64,000 nt of DNA from contig JBHGNT010000004.1 of the NCBI GenBank assembly GCA_043228905.1, positions 3,906,001-3,970,000 on the forward strand, given 5' to 3'. Below, in pieces: positions 1-14,648 of this stretch. Under the pieces are notes generated by a model that made no database searches, was not told the origin of the DNA, and saw nothing but the letters and a program-made list of their open reading frames with translations. Both the position numbers and the translations under genes were made by a program. The stretch comes from Azolla caroliniana (lineage: Eukaryota > Plantae > Polypodiophyta). Position 1 is the first letter of the stretch. Every line of letters begins with the position of its first letter.

Positions 1-100
1 TATTCTACTTTGCAAGCAACCTTACAATGCATTCATTGATATCTCACATTCGTGTTCACATGAACCATTGATATTGTGATTCCTTCTTAATATAGAATAC

Positions 101-145
101 ACACATACATACACACATACACACATACACACATACATACATACA

Positions 146-175
<30 letters not shown>
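101..175. repeat. (CATA)n/(CA)n microsatellite
   Basis: Directly visible tandem acacat/acat units. Confidence 0.95.
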
Positions 176-176
<1 letters not shown>

Positions 177-1957
177 TAGCGTGATTTACATATTCATGAT
201 CTCAAATCATTCTTGAACAACTAGTGATTATCTTATACATTGGCATTACATTTAACAAATATTTTCAACTTCAAAAGAGTAAACAAATAGCCCCCAAAGA
301 GTTGTTCTTAGTTTCAAATACGTATAGAACCTAGAGACAATCACTCTTTAGATATCAACATCGACACACAACCCAAGTAGGTGGGGAGAAAGTGAAGATC
401 GCTTTTGGTCCGACAAAATATTTTATAGTTTTGAAGGGCATTGACTTGGTAGGGAAGGTCTCATTATAAAGATACCTATATATTTTGGTGCATGTATTTC
501 ATTTCATTGCACAATAGATGCATGTTGTCGTTTGATAGAGACCTAGGGCTCAACTTGAACCATAAGATCAAGGTTGAGGAAACATCCGCGAAATAGGTTC
601 TCTTGTGGGGCGGAACTTATTTGGGCTTCAAAGAATTGTGAAATATTGCGGGCATTGTAGATCGCTGAACAACAACTTGGGTTAGTGATGATGAAATTGG
701 TACGGTATGCAATATAAGAGGTGAAGACGGAAGCAAAAAGGTGAACGGACAAGTTTTGAAGAGAATATCCCAACCCTTTTTACAAGCATGGTGAAGTACA
801 GACATGACCAAAGCACACATAAAGTGAAATATGCACACTTGGTGAGATGAAACTTTTGACGAATTGAGCACAAATTGATAGAACAAGAGAAGAGTGAGCT
901 TTTATGTCTTCCCTTAACATTGACAAACGGACAGAACTAGAGAAGACTGAGCTTTTATTTCTTCATTGAATGTGGACAAATGGATAAAGCTAGAGAAGAG
1001 AGCTTTTATTTCTTCGCATAATGTGGACAAAATAAATGGATTGAACCCAAAGAAGGGTATTGATGCACTACTCACTTTGTTTGCTATACAGAAGTAATTG
1101 TTAACTAACAATGGATATAGATAGATAAATTTTTTGTGTCCACAAGATCAATGTACAATATATAGGATAGGAAGGAACCAAGTGTATGGGAAAAAAACCA
1201 TCGGATTGTATCACAAGAAGTTAAAACCCAATCATCAATATCATACAATTATGGGATGGAAAGTTAGCAAAGGTTTAATAACTAGGGTATATATATTACA
1301 TCTAACATAGATAAATTATTACAACTTATTAAAGCTAGATCGTCAATATTGGTAGCAAAGGTCTAACAACTAAGATATATATCATATCTTTTTATCGATG
1401 TATATCACCTCGCATATAAACACATGTCATAGACAAAAGCATGGACACATGTCTCTTTCAATAACCCAATGCCTCATTAAGATACTTATTATTATCTTTG
1501 GAACAATGTATTCCACCTCACACATACACAATACATGTACACGTACGCTTTCACATGCCTATATGGGGTATATTTCTTTCGAAGGGGCCTAGGGCCCAAC
1601 TTGGGCACTAAAGTTGAAGCCGAAAACATCGAAGGTGAGATTAGCTGGGGTATTACTAGGAAGGAACGTGATAGATTGGGGATAGGCACTGTGGATGAGC
1701 TAAGGACAACTTGGTCACCGATGATGATGATGATGATGATGATGATGAAAGTGGCACTGTAATGAGTGTAAGGGGGTGGTGTGAGACACATGAAAGGGGG
1801 CCGGGGTGGGAGACGTGGAACCTTTTTAAAACTAAATAAATATCTCGACCTTTTCACTTAAGGAAAAAAACAAAAGAAGGGGAAAAGTTGAAAGGAAGGG
1901 AGGGAAGGAACGAAAAACTTAAGGGAAGGAAAGAAAGGGAGAGAGCCACATGAGTTC

Positions 1958-1970
1958 ACTATATAAATAT
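1958..1970 (+). promoter_or_regulatory. TATA box of the EXORDIUM-like gene
   Basis: ctatataaata lies about 175 bp upstream of ATG 2141 and is followed by a GA-rich 5' leader. Confidence 0.5.
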
Positions 1971-2140
1971 GGCCCCCAAGGAAATGTGGGTAGGAAGAGT
2001 GAGAGTGAGAGAGAGAGAGAGAGGTACACACATAACTCAACATAGAGAGAATTGTTTAGACTAGCTTAGTTCATCAACAACTCATAGGTTGTTGTGGTTG
2101 TGGTTTTGTGTCTTGTGTGAGAGAGCGGTTTAACCAAGAG

Positions 2141-3172
2141 ATGAATCTCGGAACCTTAGTTTTGGTTTGTGCCTTAATGGTGCTAGACTTGGCATTCAGC
2201 TCGAGCATCGCCCCGTTGCACATCGTGGAGTACTCGAGTAGCCATTCGTACAACGAAGAGTTGTCTCTCGTCCCGACCCCGACCATCGAATTGTCCTACC
2301 ACATGGGGCCCCTCCTCACCTCCCCGGAGAAATCCCCCCTCAACTTCCATTTCCTTTGGGTCGGCTCCTTCTCGCCCGCCCAAAAGCAAATCCTCATCGA
2401 CTTCGCGTCCTCCTTCGAGCCCATCAACACCCACAATGAAGCACAAATCCCTTCGGTTTCATCGTGGTGGTCTACCGCCACATTGTACACGGATCGGACC
2501 AATGCACATGTCTCCTCCTCCCTCTCATTCTCTTCCCAATCCTCCCTTCAGCTCACACTTGGCACACCCCCCTCTAATCTCCTCACCAAAGACCACCTCC
2601 TCTCTCTCCTCACCTCCTCACTCTCATCCCGTGCACTTCCGGTCGACACCTCGGGCCTCTACTTCATATTCACCGACCCGAGCATCCCGGTCGAGGACTT
2701 CTGCCTTAGCTCGTGCGGGTTCCACGATTTTACACCCGCCTCCCCGGCCACAGGGAACCAAAAGCTGCCCTACGCATGGGTCGGCAACCCGAGCACCCAA
2801 TGCCCAGGTGTGTGCGCGTGGCCGTTCGCGGCCCCGCAGTTCGGGCCCCAAGGCTTCGTGCCTTTGGGCCCGCCCAATGGGGACGTGGGCATGGACGGCA
2901 TGGTCATCAATATGGCCACCCTCCTCGCGGGTATGGCCACGAATCCGTTTCACACTGGGTACTTCGAGGGCGAGTCCGGGTTGCCATCGGAGGCGGTTTC
3001 AGTTTGCACGGGTATTTTCGGAGAAGGGGCGTATCCCGGGAACCCGGGATCTCTTTTGAAGCAACAAGACACCGGGGCTTCCTTCAATGCACAAGGTGTG
3101 AATGGACGCCATTACCTTCTCCCTGCCATATGGAGCCCTTCCACTAACACTTGTTTGCCTCCTAACCCCTAG
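2141..3172 (+). CDS. EXL: EXORDIUM/PHI-1 (phosphate-induced protein 1) family secreted protein, intronless, about 343 aa
   Basis: Signal peptide (MNLGTLVLVCALMV...) and Phi_1 motifs LSYHMGPLL, PSVSSWW, FCLSSCGFH, YAWVGNPSTQCPGVCAWPF, PPNGDVGMDGM, ATNPF, GAYPG, GASFNAQGVNGRHYLLPAIW. Confidence 0.95.
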   Translation: MNLGTLVLVCALMVLDLAFSSSIAPLHIVEYSSSHSYNEELSLVPTPTIELSYHMGPLLTSPEKSPLNFHFLWVGSFSPAQKQILIDFASSFEPINTHNEAQIPSVSSWWSTATLYTDRTNAHVSSSLSFSSQSSLQLTLGTPPSNLLTKDHLLSLLTSSLSSRALPVDTSGLYFIFTDPSIPVEDFCLSSCGFHDFTPASPATGNQKLPYAWVGNPSTQCPGVCAWPFAAPQFGPQGFVPLGPPNGDVGMDGMVINMATLLAGMATNPFHTGYFEGESGLPSEAVSVCTGIFGEGAYPGNPGSLLKQQDTGASFNAQGVNGRHYLLPAIWSPSTNTCLPPNP

Positions 3173-3379
3173 GTTTGGGTCTTGGGTCCAGGTCTAGGGC
3201 TAGGTCTCTCTCTAGAGTCTATAGAATGTATTGCTATGTAGGTCCAACATACCCAACAACATTAATGTAATCCGCATGTACATTATTATTACACCACTTA
3301 TCATCAACCTCCATCTACACCATTCCAGCTGGTACAAAAATCTAGTCATTGTGTGAGAGAGAAAGAGAGTTTCTTTTGT

Positions 3380-3900
3380 TTTCGAAACATACCATTTACC
3401 TCGAACCTACAAGTGTTGGCCCTCCTTGCATTTCGTGCCAATGAGCTTTCTTGATCATGCATACATCTATGGACAATTACGATAGAGATCTCGGCCACAC
3501 GTTTTAATATCTCTGGAACATTAGCGAGGTTTCCTTGAAGTTTGAAAATGCTTCCTCATACGTCTCACATACAACATTGTTAGCCCGGCGATGTACTCAT
3601 AAACTTTCTTTAGAGAACGTTTGCTTTGATTTGGCTCTTCCATTGTGTGCGAATGGGTTTCATTATAATATACGTTCTTTGAAACTGTTCCTTGAGGATA
3701 TGGATTGCCTACTCTCTGTCTAACCATCGAATATATAACCATCTCTTCATGCCTTAACTATATTTCTATTGTTCATATGTGGGGGATTCCTATGCATTGG
3801 AAGAGAGGCTTTGTATTGACGTGTAACCTCCCCGGACGGATAGATGCACAATGTGCCATGGTCAGATAATTTGATTATCTTAGAACTCACACGTCACTTC
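3380..3900 (-). mobile_element. Degraded Ty3/gypsy RT/RT-RNaseH linker fragment
   Basis: Frameshifted minus-strand remnants resemble 'CEEAFQTLKE.L..VP' and 'YY....FA....EP'. Confidence 0.45.
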
Positions 3901-6009
3901 ACCTAGTTCTAGAATCATCTCCAACGTTTACCTTATGTCTACTTATAGTGGCCATGTCTCGTGTGTTGGTTTGTGCTTGAATGTAGAAAGGATCTATGTA
4001 GCCTTCTTTATTGTTGTGACTCATGAGGTAATGCTTATGATAAATCAATGCATTTAGTATATTTTTTGTGTAATAGGACAAGTTGCTTCTTTCAAACTAT
4101 AGAAAGGCGTGCACCTTTATGAAAAAGTTATGACCAAGGGATAAAGTTCACAAAGCCAATTCAATAACTGATTTTAGCACTTCTACAATAATAGAGAACT
4201 AGAGAGCTTACAAAATAAGCTCCCCTCTAAAATGTTTATTTCGTTTACATGTATCCGCAATAGTCTACCACTTACTCTTCTGACATTCTATTTCAATAAA
4301 ACTCCACACAAAATCACTTTGAAAGTTAGCAAGTCATGCAACCAAATTTGATTCATTTTCAGAGCAAATGCACAAATTTATCTTGTTCTCATGGAGTATG
4401 CACAATTATAGGTTATGAACTTACATGATGATACATAATTTGCATTTTCTTTTTAAGGAAATGGATACAAGCATCTTATATGACAATGTCTTTATTATAT
4501 ACATGCTAAATTTCCCATTAGCATTTTTAAAATATATCAAACTAATAGCATACAAAACATTATATCCTTTAGTCTTTGTAGTAGTCAAAAGTGAGTATAA
4601 TCTAGTATGCACATGGGATATATATATGCATGTGCTACATACATATATGCATAGAATTCCATTTATGAGCAAATAGCCTTGTAGTATTGTGTACTTAAAG
4701 CAATAAAATGGCACACATAGGTTGGCAAAGAGGACCCACAATAAGTTGGTCTATATAGCTATAGGGTATCAATATAGCGGTTTGAGTGACTTGAAATAGG
4801 TTATTTGTTCAATAGGTAAGGTATTTGTTAAATGGTATTCAAACATCAATGTTTTTACTAGATTACAGTTGTTTGCCATTGTGTTACATATGTACATGTA
4901 ATGCTCACAATGCAAGGCTAACATTCTTGATCTACTATATGTTATCCAAGGGACACCTTGAAGTCATGTCAAAGGTTTACATATTGTTCAATTTGCTAGT
5001 TGAAAAACTGTTTTTTTACGATTCTTGAAAATGTAGCTAGCTATTTGGTGTGCCTTTGTTTGTATCACAACATTGAGTCATAAACAAATTTTCATACCCA
5101 TTTGTTGCCACACTCAACAAATATTTGTCAATGGTGATGTATTCTTTATCAAAATTGAGGGTCATGTTAAAGAAAATGAATGTCAAGAAATCATGAACTA
5201 AAGTCAAAACACAACATATACGAAGCATTCTAGAGGCCAATGATTGACGATGTCGATAACATTGAAGTGTCTTAAAGTTAAGATTCATTTGAATTTGGAT
5301 AGCATACAGTAAATTTATTTGTCTACCTTCATCTAGATAACCCTTAGTCTATAAAAAATGAATTTGTGTGTTGTACCATGACCTTTAAAGGAACCTTTTC
5401 AACCCTCAGACAAAAACTTTATAAAGGAAAACGAGAGAATTATTGACACAAAGGAAGAAGTAGAATCTATGTTGTATGTACAAAATCATTGCTTCATAAC
5501 TAAGATTTCTCAAATTCCCAATTGGAATTGATGAAGAATCCTATCTTATCCAAATTTCCCTATGTTGTTTAACTATTTTCACACTCTTTCTCTTATTGTT
5601 GACAATGGAGAATTTTTTAGTGCTTTCTTGGATGTAGAACTAATCCATCTAGCATTTGTACCTTATGCTTTTCTGTTGCAATTATCTACACATGTGAAAT
5701 AATGAACCTTGGTTTCCAGTAGTGGACATCAACATCAACATTCGACATCTACAATAATATACTCTAGTGTTGTTTATACCGTCATCCCCACTGTATACAA
5801 AATCATTTCTACCATATACCATAGTTTTTGAGTCTAACTATCTCTACAATATCCTTGGACCCTACAAACCTTTGGCAAATAATGTTACCCATGATCCATA
5901 TTTACCAATTAAAATTGTTGTTGAAATGTGAGACATTGGTATTATAAGCTTTATAAATAATAGAAATTTAGCACAAGGAATGCTAGCTACGCAAATCCCA
6001 TTTTTTCAG

Positions 6010-6908
6010 TACTCGGTAAAAATGGGTAGAGAATTGCTTAGGCGTATGGTTGTTACGCTAGCAACTTCTTGGTTGAATGCTTATTGAAAATGGCTATGGG
6101 CAATGCAAATTCCTAGAAAAGTTGCCTTGTTTAGATGGTTGCTGGTACATTATGGCATTCCTATGAAGTCATGGATGAGAGGGCATTGTCGTGATTTAAA
6201 ATGTGACAGTTGTGGTTTTCCCAGAGAACGGTTCACCATGTTTTATGAGTATATCCTATTGCTAAAGCGATATGGAGAATATTGAGAATTTTGTATCCTA
6301 TTTATGGTAAACAGGTGTACACGTGGGGTTTTGTGAGATGGAGAAAGTTTGCTAAAGACATGTATTATGAAAGGGACTATGTTGATTTTTTGCTCTTCTC
6401 TGATGGAAGACATATATTGGAGGTCTCGTATACTACACCAATCCATTGTTTGAAAGAGGATAAGGTTTGTTCTACAATATTTTCTTTAGTAGTTTGGGTA
6501 TTCTGGAAGGCAAGATGTAAGTGTGTATTTCAAAAAGTCAAACCGAATGTGATTGAGTTAGTCAAGGAGATATGGTTGATGCTCTATCATACTCTAAGAG
6601 GTCAATATGAGGCAAACCCAGGTGAGCCTGATGGGAAGCAACAACAATTTCGAGAAATTTGAAAAAAGGCAAAGGTTTTACTTTTTGGGGGAAGAGAATA
6701 AAGTAGAAATATGCTCCACCAAGATGGCTTTTTACACCCCCCGTCATGGAAGGACATTGCATGAGGGCTCCCGCTTCTATACATGTTGATTGAAGTGGGT
6801 AGGAGGGTTATATTTTATTGTATGGATTCTTTGTAGCCTTTGGGCATCTTTTCATTAATACCAAGGTGAATCTTGACTTGAAAACAATAAATAAATAAAT
6901 AAATAAAA
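6010..6908 (+). mobile_element. 3' fragment of an L1-like LINE (zf-RVT-like C-terminus) with (TAAA)n tail
   Basis: WAMQIPRKVALFRWLLVHYGIP..CDSCG and WVFWKARCKCVF motifs, frameshifts, and an A-rich (aata)n tail at about 6886-6908. Confidence 0.75.
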
Positions 6909-7949
6909 TTTAGAACAAGCAATAAGTCCAAGGCCTAACCTAGTGTTGAATTGGCATCATGATTTTGATTAATATCCCCTATTCATCCATTAATACCATT
7001 AATTAAAATCTCAATAGAAATAAATGTATGCGACCAATATATATGTTCTTCCAAAACATATGTTCGTCAACCTTAGACATCAACCACAAAATAATAATAT
7101 CTAAAATATTATAGCTAGCTTGAAAAATGCTTCAAGAGTAGATAAATTTAGTCAAAAAAGGCAAACTTTCAATGTTCATGACAAGCACAAGACTAATATC
7201 TTAATGCATCATTAGGCATCATTGCACAATCAAAATAAGAAGCTAGAAATAGAATGCAACGTCATATAATATATTATGATCTACATATAATATATTTCTT
7301 GTTCTAAAGGGTCCACCTTTAACCAATGCAAGCTAGTGATCATGATGACATCTTGTTGCAACCTTATCATTTCAAGACTACAAAGGGGACGAGTTTTTCC
7401 TAGAAGGTGTTAAGTTATTTACCATAGGTTATGCCTCTCCATATAATTAAGTTTGTGGCTTAAACATGTATTTTTGAACCTCATCTTAGATATTTGGTTT
7501 CCTTGCCACGCGATCCTATTCAAATTAGAACCTTTAATAACCAATATATAAAACGTGACATTAAAGATATTTCTTCTTGCTCATTGATACCATAAGTTCA
7601 AGTTCGTATTGCACCTAACGTGTTTCAACATACTCAAAGTGATCATCATGATCATTGCGATATTTGATGATCGCTACCATAAACAGTTATCAATACCATA
7701 ACGATTATAGGTTTTTTTTCCCTAAATAGTAGCAAATCTTATGAGTCAAAATGCATGGTGTCAATTTACACTTTCTTTTAAAAGTTTCAAGTTTTCGTTC
7801 CACTTAAAATCATGAATCTATGAACATCTCAAATTCTAACTAAGTTGAATGTAGGAATTATCAAATTGTAAGGATGCATAGAATACGAAGCGATGAACTT
7901 GCAAATTAGGCTATAAGTATGACATCTAGGATAGAGAGTAAGTGTATTA

Positions 7950-9350
7950 GAAATTCCGATTAGGAAGGTATTCATCAAAATATATATGAGGAATCATTGC
8001 CATTAAACCATATGGACACCAAGTGAATGCAACACAAGATTCAAGTGAAGACTCTATGTATTGATGACAATAATAACGCATGTACCAAAGGTATTGGACT
8101 CCCATTGGACTTCAACTGGAGAAAGTTCTACTTGATCAAATAGAGGCATGTCGGAGCAATACTATACAAAAAACATTCGATGAATATAATAATTGTGATC
8201 ATCATCACATATCTTCGAGAGGAGGTCAAATGTTTGTGTGCATGCCCTAAATGTGGATTGGAGGCAAGAGTTCAATTCTTAGTGTTGAACACCAATAGAT
8301 GTTGAATGTGACCATTAATCTTCAAGTTGATACACATCTTCGATGCCATTAATGAGTGGCGAAAGTTATGATTATATTGCAAGAGATCCAACTATATGTC
8401 TATTGCATCAACATAGAGTCCATCGAACCACATGTGTGAGTAAAGCCTCAAATATGGAACATCTAATACATAACAATACCATCTTCTAACATGTTCTTAT
8501 TGAATATGTCATAGGCAGAGTTAACGGTCAATGCACTTAATGCATCTAAAGCTTCCTCAATCTAATATTTCCCAAACTCACGAGTCATCCACATAATAAC
8601 AAAAACTCGGTGTTCCACCCTAACATTTATATGTTGGCCTCATATTTTGATATTAAAAGCATTGTTTTACTCCTTAAGAGTTTATGGTTGCCATAAGGCA
8701 TAGTCTGCCAATTTTACGAGTTAGGTATCATAATACTAGACTTAACGAATTGGTGCAAGTCCTTACGCCAAGTGATTGTGTGTCTAGAGATTTTGAAACT
8801 CTTCGAGCATGATGTTAGCCATCATACTCTAGATCGATTGATTCATATGTGTTGGTGGAGATGATATCTAGGCATGGTTTTCATGTAACATGCATGCATA
8901 GGACCTTAATTATACATAATGACTCCATTCACTTTTTTTAAATAGCACTATCACACAACTAGATTAAGAGATTGTCCTTCCACCCGATGCACTAATGGTG
9001 GACACAAAGGTGTAGGGAGTGTTGATTGCCCTTCGAAACATGTTAATGGTCCGACATTGGGTAGTGAATTTATACAATTTCCTTATATAATATCAACAAG
9101 CATGCACTACTGGTATTAAAACTGAGGGGGGGTTTTCTACTTGCACAAAAAGAGTTTGTCTCATTTTGTATCATGGATTAACATTGTCTTTTTCCAATCT
9201 CATGATTGCAAGAGCATAGGTAGGAGTGTTAAATATCTAATATATTACCAATGCTCATGGATACTTTGAGATGGCCCAACAGTTTTTGACAAGATAATAT
9301 TTTTGGCATCTTTTGTTTTATTGCAAGATGCATGGTATCCCTAATTTTAA
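7950..9350 (-). mobile_element. Highly decayed gypsy-like integrase remnant
   Basis: Only weak minus-strand echoes of 'GLLQPLP', 'PFE' and 'HPVFHVS' motifs; no intact ORF. Confidence 0.3.
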
Positions 9351-11249
9351 CATTGCTATTAAATGTCATTTAAATAATTGCTTGAGCTCATAACTTCTTT
9401 GTTACTTCAGTTTCACATGTAACTACGCACAACATAACTGGAGATGCAACCATTTCTTGTAGAATGCATTGGTGATGCATAAAAATAACATGCAAATACA
9501 CATGGGCTATGATGGATAATGATGGTATGCCATTTGCGCATTTAATTTTTAGTGAAGTTGCCCTCGCAAAGCATTCACATCTCAAGGACTAAGCATGCGT
9601 ACCACACTCATCTTCACCCTCATATTAAATAAACATCAAAACAAAACTAATGAAGATATGATGTGTCAGTCATTGATGACCAACTAACTATTTCTCACGT
9701 ATGGTTGATAATGTACCATCACATGAACTTTATTTATTTGTACCCTCAATTACATTGTATATAAATGGTTTGATCATAGAAACATAAGAGAAACCCAGGT
9801 TTGATGCCTCACTTTTCTTCGCCTTACTTATTGAGCAATCATTTAAACAAAATGGAAGAACATGTGTTAGTCTAGTCACTTGCTTCATGAGGTGGCCACT
9901 TGTTTCTCATGTGCTTGTGGATAATGTGTCACATTAACTATGTCAAGCTCTTTGTTACATAGCATTGCATTACATATGAAAGTTTTGATTGTACCAAGAA
10001 ATGTGAGGGATGTTAAATATCCACAATAATGGTTTTATATATTCTCTCGAGATCTATTAGGCACGACAAAGTAACTCTATAAGTTACCTAGATGATTGGC
10101 TTTCAAATGAACTTCTTTTGGCATAAAATTTATTGGTCCTTGCTAAAGCCAAAGTTCAATCTCACACAATACTAAAGACACAACTTGTGCACACAACAAG
10201 AGAAGGAAAATAAGGCATCGGGGTTAGTGTAAGACCATGTGATCTTATGCTTCTGCAGTTACATGTCACACACAACGAATGCAACCCAACCTTCCTCTAC
10301 ACAACTTCCCAATATGATTTGAATGCTTTTTAAGCATTCTGTCATCCAACATTGATTGGATGGTGTTCCTTTGCATATTCATTTTTGAGTTATTCGCCTT
10401 ATAGTGCCTAGTCAATCATGTTATTTCCAAAAAAATTATGGTGGAATCACCAAACTCTCCAAAATATCCTCAAATTTTGGAAATGTCGCAAGAATACCCC
10501 AAATGTAATAGCAATAAACTTACATACTACGTAAGGGTATAATTATTGAAATTTACTAATGCCAAGGTGGATGGATTCAAGGTGTACACTTGTCAAATAG
10601 GTGAAAACCAAGTGGCATTCTTACCATTGTCCTCTTTTTTTAGGACAAGAAAAAAAATGGAAGGAACTACATAGGGCTCAAGCCTTTATGCTTTCTTTCT
10701 CTCTCGCACAACCTCACATCCAATACGTTAAGTGGCAGTCCATTTGAGTTTCTTACTTCTTTAGATTGTTTTGATGCTCGAATCCTCGATATTGTCCTTT
10801 ATTCGTGAATGCCCTTTGCGTCCAACGTATGTATTTGCAACAACGTTTTCTTTGGAACAAAAAACTGATGTCACATCCTTCCAACCTTTTTCTCCATTGT
10901 GTTGCGTGTTCCATGCAGCACATGGCCTGCTCTATCGATCGTGTTTCCCCCACGGACAACGCTCATTGACTGATGTTTCTTTTTACTGTCCCGAAGGGAT
11001 TTACTTGAGATCATTGACTCGGGCATCTGGTTTGTGAGCACTTTGGGTGTACGAGTGAAACAGCCAGTCGGCCAAAGAAGTTTATGATGGAGTGAGAATC
11101 ATTGTGGGTGGACAAAGGCGCACACAACGGTCGTATGTGACATCATAATCTCGATGTTGTGCTTCAAACAATTAAAAAAGCTGATATAATTATGGATATG
11201 TTTGAAAATAAAAGCTTTGCGTTTTTAGGGTTTTTTTCTGTCTTCTCCT

Positions 11250-11278
11250 ATGTGTATATATGTATACATACATTATAC

Positions 11279-11311
<33 letters not shown>

Positions 11312-11405
11312 TGTATATGTGTATGTGTATGTATATGTATACAGTATATGTATGTATGTATATGTGTATGTGTATGTATATGTATACAGTATATGTATGT
11401 ATGTA
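11250..11405. repeat. (GTAT)n/(GTATAT)n compound microsatellite upstream of DREB2
   Basis: Directly visible; it explains the spurious YV/CM-repeat ORFs. Confidence 0.95.
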
Positions 11406-11862
11406 CCTACTATACAATGCTATTTTTGTACATATTGATTTCCTCGACTAGGGTTTCCCCATAGCAGGGATAATAATAATAATAACCTATTTTTTAAATT
11501 TTGATTTGCAGTTTTAGGGTTTGATTTGAAGCTGTCAATCGATCGTAGATGTACATAGAAAAGAAAAGAGAAGAGGAGAAAGATAACAGGTTTTTTGAAA
11601 TCAGGAATATATCTGCAATCTGTACATAGTAGGGTTTTGGACAGTTCCAATCCGCATATATATATATACATAGGTGAAGGATTCTTGAAGAACCAATCAG
11701 GATTATTTGGAAAGTACAAGCGGGATTTTGTTCGCTTCTGTTTCATCTAGATTCTTTGAGAGCAGTATTAACGAGATTTTTGGTATATTGATCAAATTTC
11801 TCGGCCGTAAAGATATTGCCCTGACATTCTATCTAAATATTCGATTAAGGGATAATCAATCG

Positions 11863-13041
11863 ATGATGGCTGCCCAACAGAAGATGTCTGGTGTGCGGAA
11901 GCGATCAAAACGACCTCATGGATGTGAATCGGTGACAGAGATCCTGGCATGGTGGGCTGAGCAAAACCAAATCAAATCAGTAACCAATGAACTCGAACCA
12001 CAAGATCAAGAGCGAGGCCAATGCTCACTAGCAGAGAAGGATACCATCATAACTAGAAGAGTACCTGCCAGAGGATCGAAGAAAGGCTGTATGAAAGGGA
12101 AAGGAGGACCAGAGAATGCACATTGCAAATATAGAGGAGTAAGGCAGAGGGTATGGGGGAAATGGGTATCAGAGATAAGAGAGCCGAATCGAGGCGAGAG
12201 ATTGTGGTTAGGTACATTTGCCACAGCACGAGAAGCCGCATTAGCATATGATCAAGCCGCAAGAATACTGTATGGTTCGTGTGCTCGCCTCAATCTCCCC
12301 GAGGTCACTGATTGCCAAATTCTAAAGATCTGTTCTCGATCATCAAGTATTATGAAAGGATCAATCAATCTGGATGCCAATGTATGTTCTGATGCCGATG
12401 TGAAGAGCCATGATTTGGGTTCTTTTAGCTGTACAAGCCCTCATGAGGTATCGGATAAGTCCTCGCCAGGTGTATCTTGTTTGAGCAGTTGCAAAGATGA
12501 TTCAGATGTTAAGTATGATATGGAATCATTTAACCCCATTAATTCTCCCCAAGGTCTCAGCAACCTTTTCAGTGATTCGGTTAATAATGTGGACAATGTG
12601 CTGGAATTCGTCGACAATTTGCCAGAATTAAGAGGAGAGTTGGCATTCGAGCCAGTTATCGAAGATTTGCAAGAATCTGATTATAATTTAGTTGCCAATG
12701 AAATAGTGAAGCTCTTGGAAGATACAAAAAACCCTTATAACTTTGAGATTGAAGGCTCTACTTGTTTACCCTCTTCCATGCAAACAAAGGGCTCTTATAA
12801 TAGCTTTGACAATAATTTAGAGGCATTTTGGGTCCATTCAGACCATCAAGGGGGCAATAACTTTATCTCATCCTCCCAGTATTTTATAAACCCTAAAGAG
12901 ACGAATATCGTTTCAGGCTCATCTCAATATGATGATTTGAATAGCCCAATCATATCAGGTCAAAAATGTGATCAAGGTTCTATGCAAACTTGTATTGGAG
13001 GAGAGAATTCCATACACAACCTCACCTACAATCATATGTGA
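11863..13041 (+). CDS. DREB2: DREB2-type AP2/ERF transcription factor (subgroup A-2)
   Basis: CMIV-2-like [24 protein letters not shown]-1 [20 protein letters not shown]2 domain [19 protein letters not shown]...WLGTF...[17 protein letters not shown] with V14/E19, and an acidic C-terminus. The start codon is inferred and an upstream exon cannot be excluded. Confidence 0.92.
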   Translation: MMAAQQKMSGVRKRSKRPHGCESVTEILAWWAEQNQIKSVTNELEPQDQERGQCSLAEKDTIITRRVPARGSKKGCMKGKGGPENAHCKYRGVRQRVWGKWVSEIREPNRGERLWLGTFATAREAALAYDQAARILYGSCARLNLPEVTDCQILKICSRSSSIMKGSINLDANVCSDADVKSHDLGSFSCTSPHEVSDKSSPGVSCLSSCKDDSDVKYDMESFNPINSPQGLSNLFSDSVNNVDNVLEFVDNLPELRGELAFEPVIEDLQESDYNLVANEIVKLLEDTKNPYNFEIEGSTCLPSSMQTKGSYNSFDNNLEAFWVHSDHQGGNNFISSSQYFINPKETNIVSGSSQYDDLNSPIISGQKCDQGSMQTCIGGENSIHNLTYNHM

Positions 13042-14477
13042 AGAATATCTCAAACAAGGAACTTGCCAATCGAATATAACGATCGTATTATCTCAAACAA
13101 GAAAGTTGCCGATCGTATTTACCTTGCCAGAGTCCTTTAAATTTGATGAGATATGAATTACATGAATTAGCTCTGAAGAATGGCAGCCTTAAGTCAAATT
13201 CATAGTAAGAATCAGTTAGGACCGCTACTCCCTCTTCTCGAGTTGCACCCAGGTCGTTATTAGTGTGTAAAATTAGCCGATTGTAAGCATTGCTTCATAT
13301 GGTTCTCATCACAGTTTTCACAAGAAAACCGTCAAAAAAGTCTTGATTTAAATTACCACACCTTGTTCATAAATTTTCATAGGAAAACTGAAAAGATATT
13401 TCAGGGTAAATTATCATCCCCTTTTTATATGAGTATGGCAAATCGAAGAAATGTTAAAACAAGGTGCCGATCTTTGTAAATGATGCTTTGACGTGTACAA
13501 TTTACTGTTAGGGTTTTATTTGAACTCCTAGAAAAATATGTGAGTAATCTAGAAGCACAGGTTTGCAACCTTCCACTTGTTTATCTCTAGGACTTTATTT
13601 ATGAGAGACATGGGAAATTATTGCCTACAAACAATGATTTGCATAGCACTGGTCATGATGCATTTTCGATATGCTAGTCATTAAAATGGTGTCACTACAA
13701 GTGCTAGTATCTTTTTCACCTAGCAGTCATCGATATTCAATTGGTTGTCAACATGATGCTTTGTTGAATTTCTTTAGAAAGTAAACTTGCAGATTGGTTT
13801 TGTTTTTGACATGGTGTTTTATGGTTGCTTTACTATTGAATCGAGTGATGTGTCTTGTCACCGGTTGATTCTAACTCATTGGATACATCTGAAACCTATG
13901 GTGCTTGTATAGTGTCTTGTAATTAAAAGACTCTTAGGTGACATCCTTCTTAATGACATGTATCTAGCATTATTGACATTTCATCGAGATTGATGAAATG
14001 TATCTTATTGAATTTGTCCTATTGAGACGTGGTAAAGGATTCTAATTCATTGGCTATATAGCAAGCACGATGGAAATATAGTGCATCACGTAATTGAAAG
14101 TTTGTGGGCACGTCGTTGGTGATAGAAATATAGCATTATTGACATTATTGCATTGAGATTAATGACATGAGAAATTCATGTGCAAGTCCGATTTTGCCTC
14201 GTCATAATAGAAATTATTACATTGAGGCAATAAATTTGGATGTCTTTGTAATCAACAAACTCTTTCGGTTCAAACCCAACAATAGGTAAAACCTTAATAC
14301 ATTTAATGATTGTGAGCACTTTCTAAGTTCTAGGAATGTGTTAAATGTGTTAAATATATGACATGACCATTTGTAATTTTTCTTCACCTTTTTGGATAGG
14401 TACAACGATGACAACGTTTTGAATCAGATGGATACAAGCGTCCAAGGTTGAATTTTGTCTTCCATCATTGAAGCCAT

Positions 14478-14648
14478 GGCATTGGGGTATAGTGTTGCAT
14501 GACAAAGAAATGTTAGCATGTTATTGATGGTTAGATTATGATGACCGACAAATAATCATTGTGGCATTGGGGTATAGTGTCATATGACAAAGAAGTGTTA
14601 GCATGTTATTGATGGTTAGATTATGATGACCGACAAATATTCATTGTG
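14478..14648. repeat. Tandem duplication, about 84-bp unit x2
   Basis: ggcattggggtatagtgt...gaccgacaaat..tcattgtg occurs twice, nearly identical. Confidence 0.9.

Noticed and set aside
370-1110. MULE transposase or gypsy gag remnant on the minus strand
   Set aside because: The motifs (VCIFHF; LMVQVEPRSL) are ambiguous between the two and too decayed to call.
11707-11862. 52-aa N-terminal extension of DREB2 in the ORF track
   Set aside because: It starts at TTG and looks like intron or UTR; the first ATG is at 11863.
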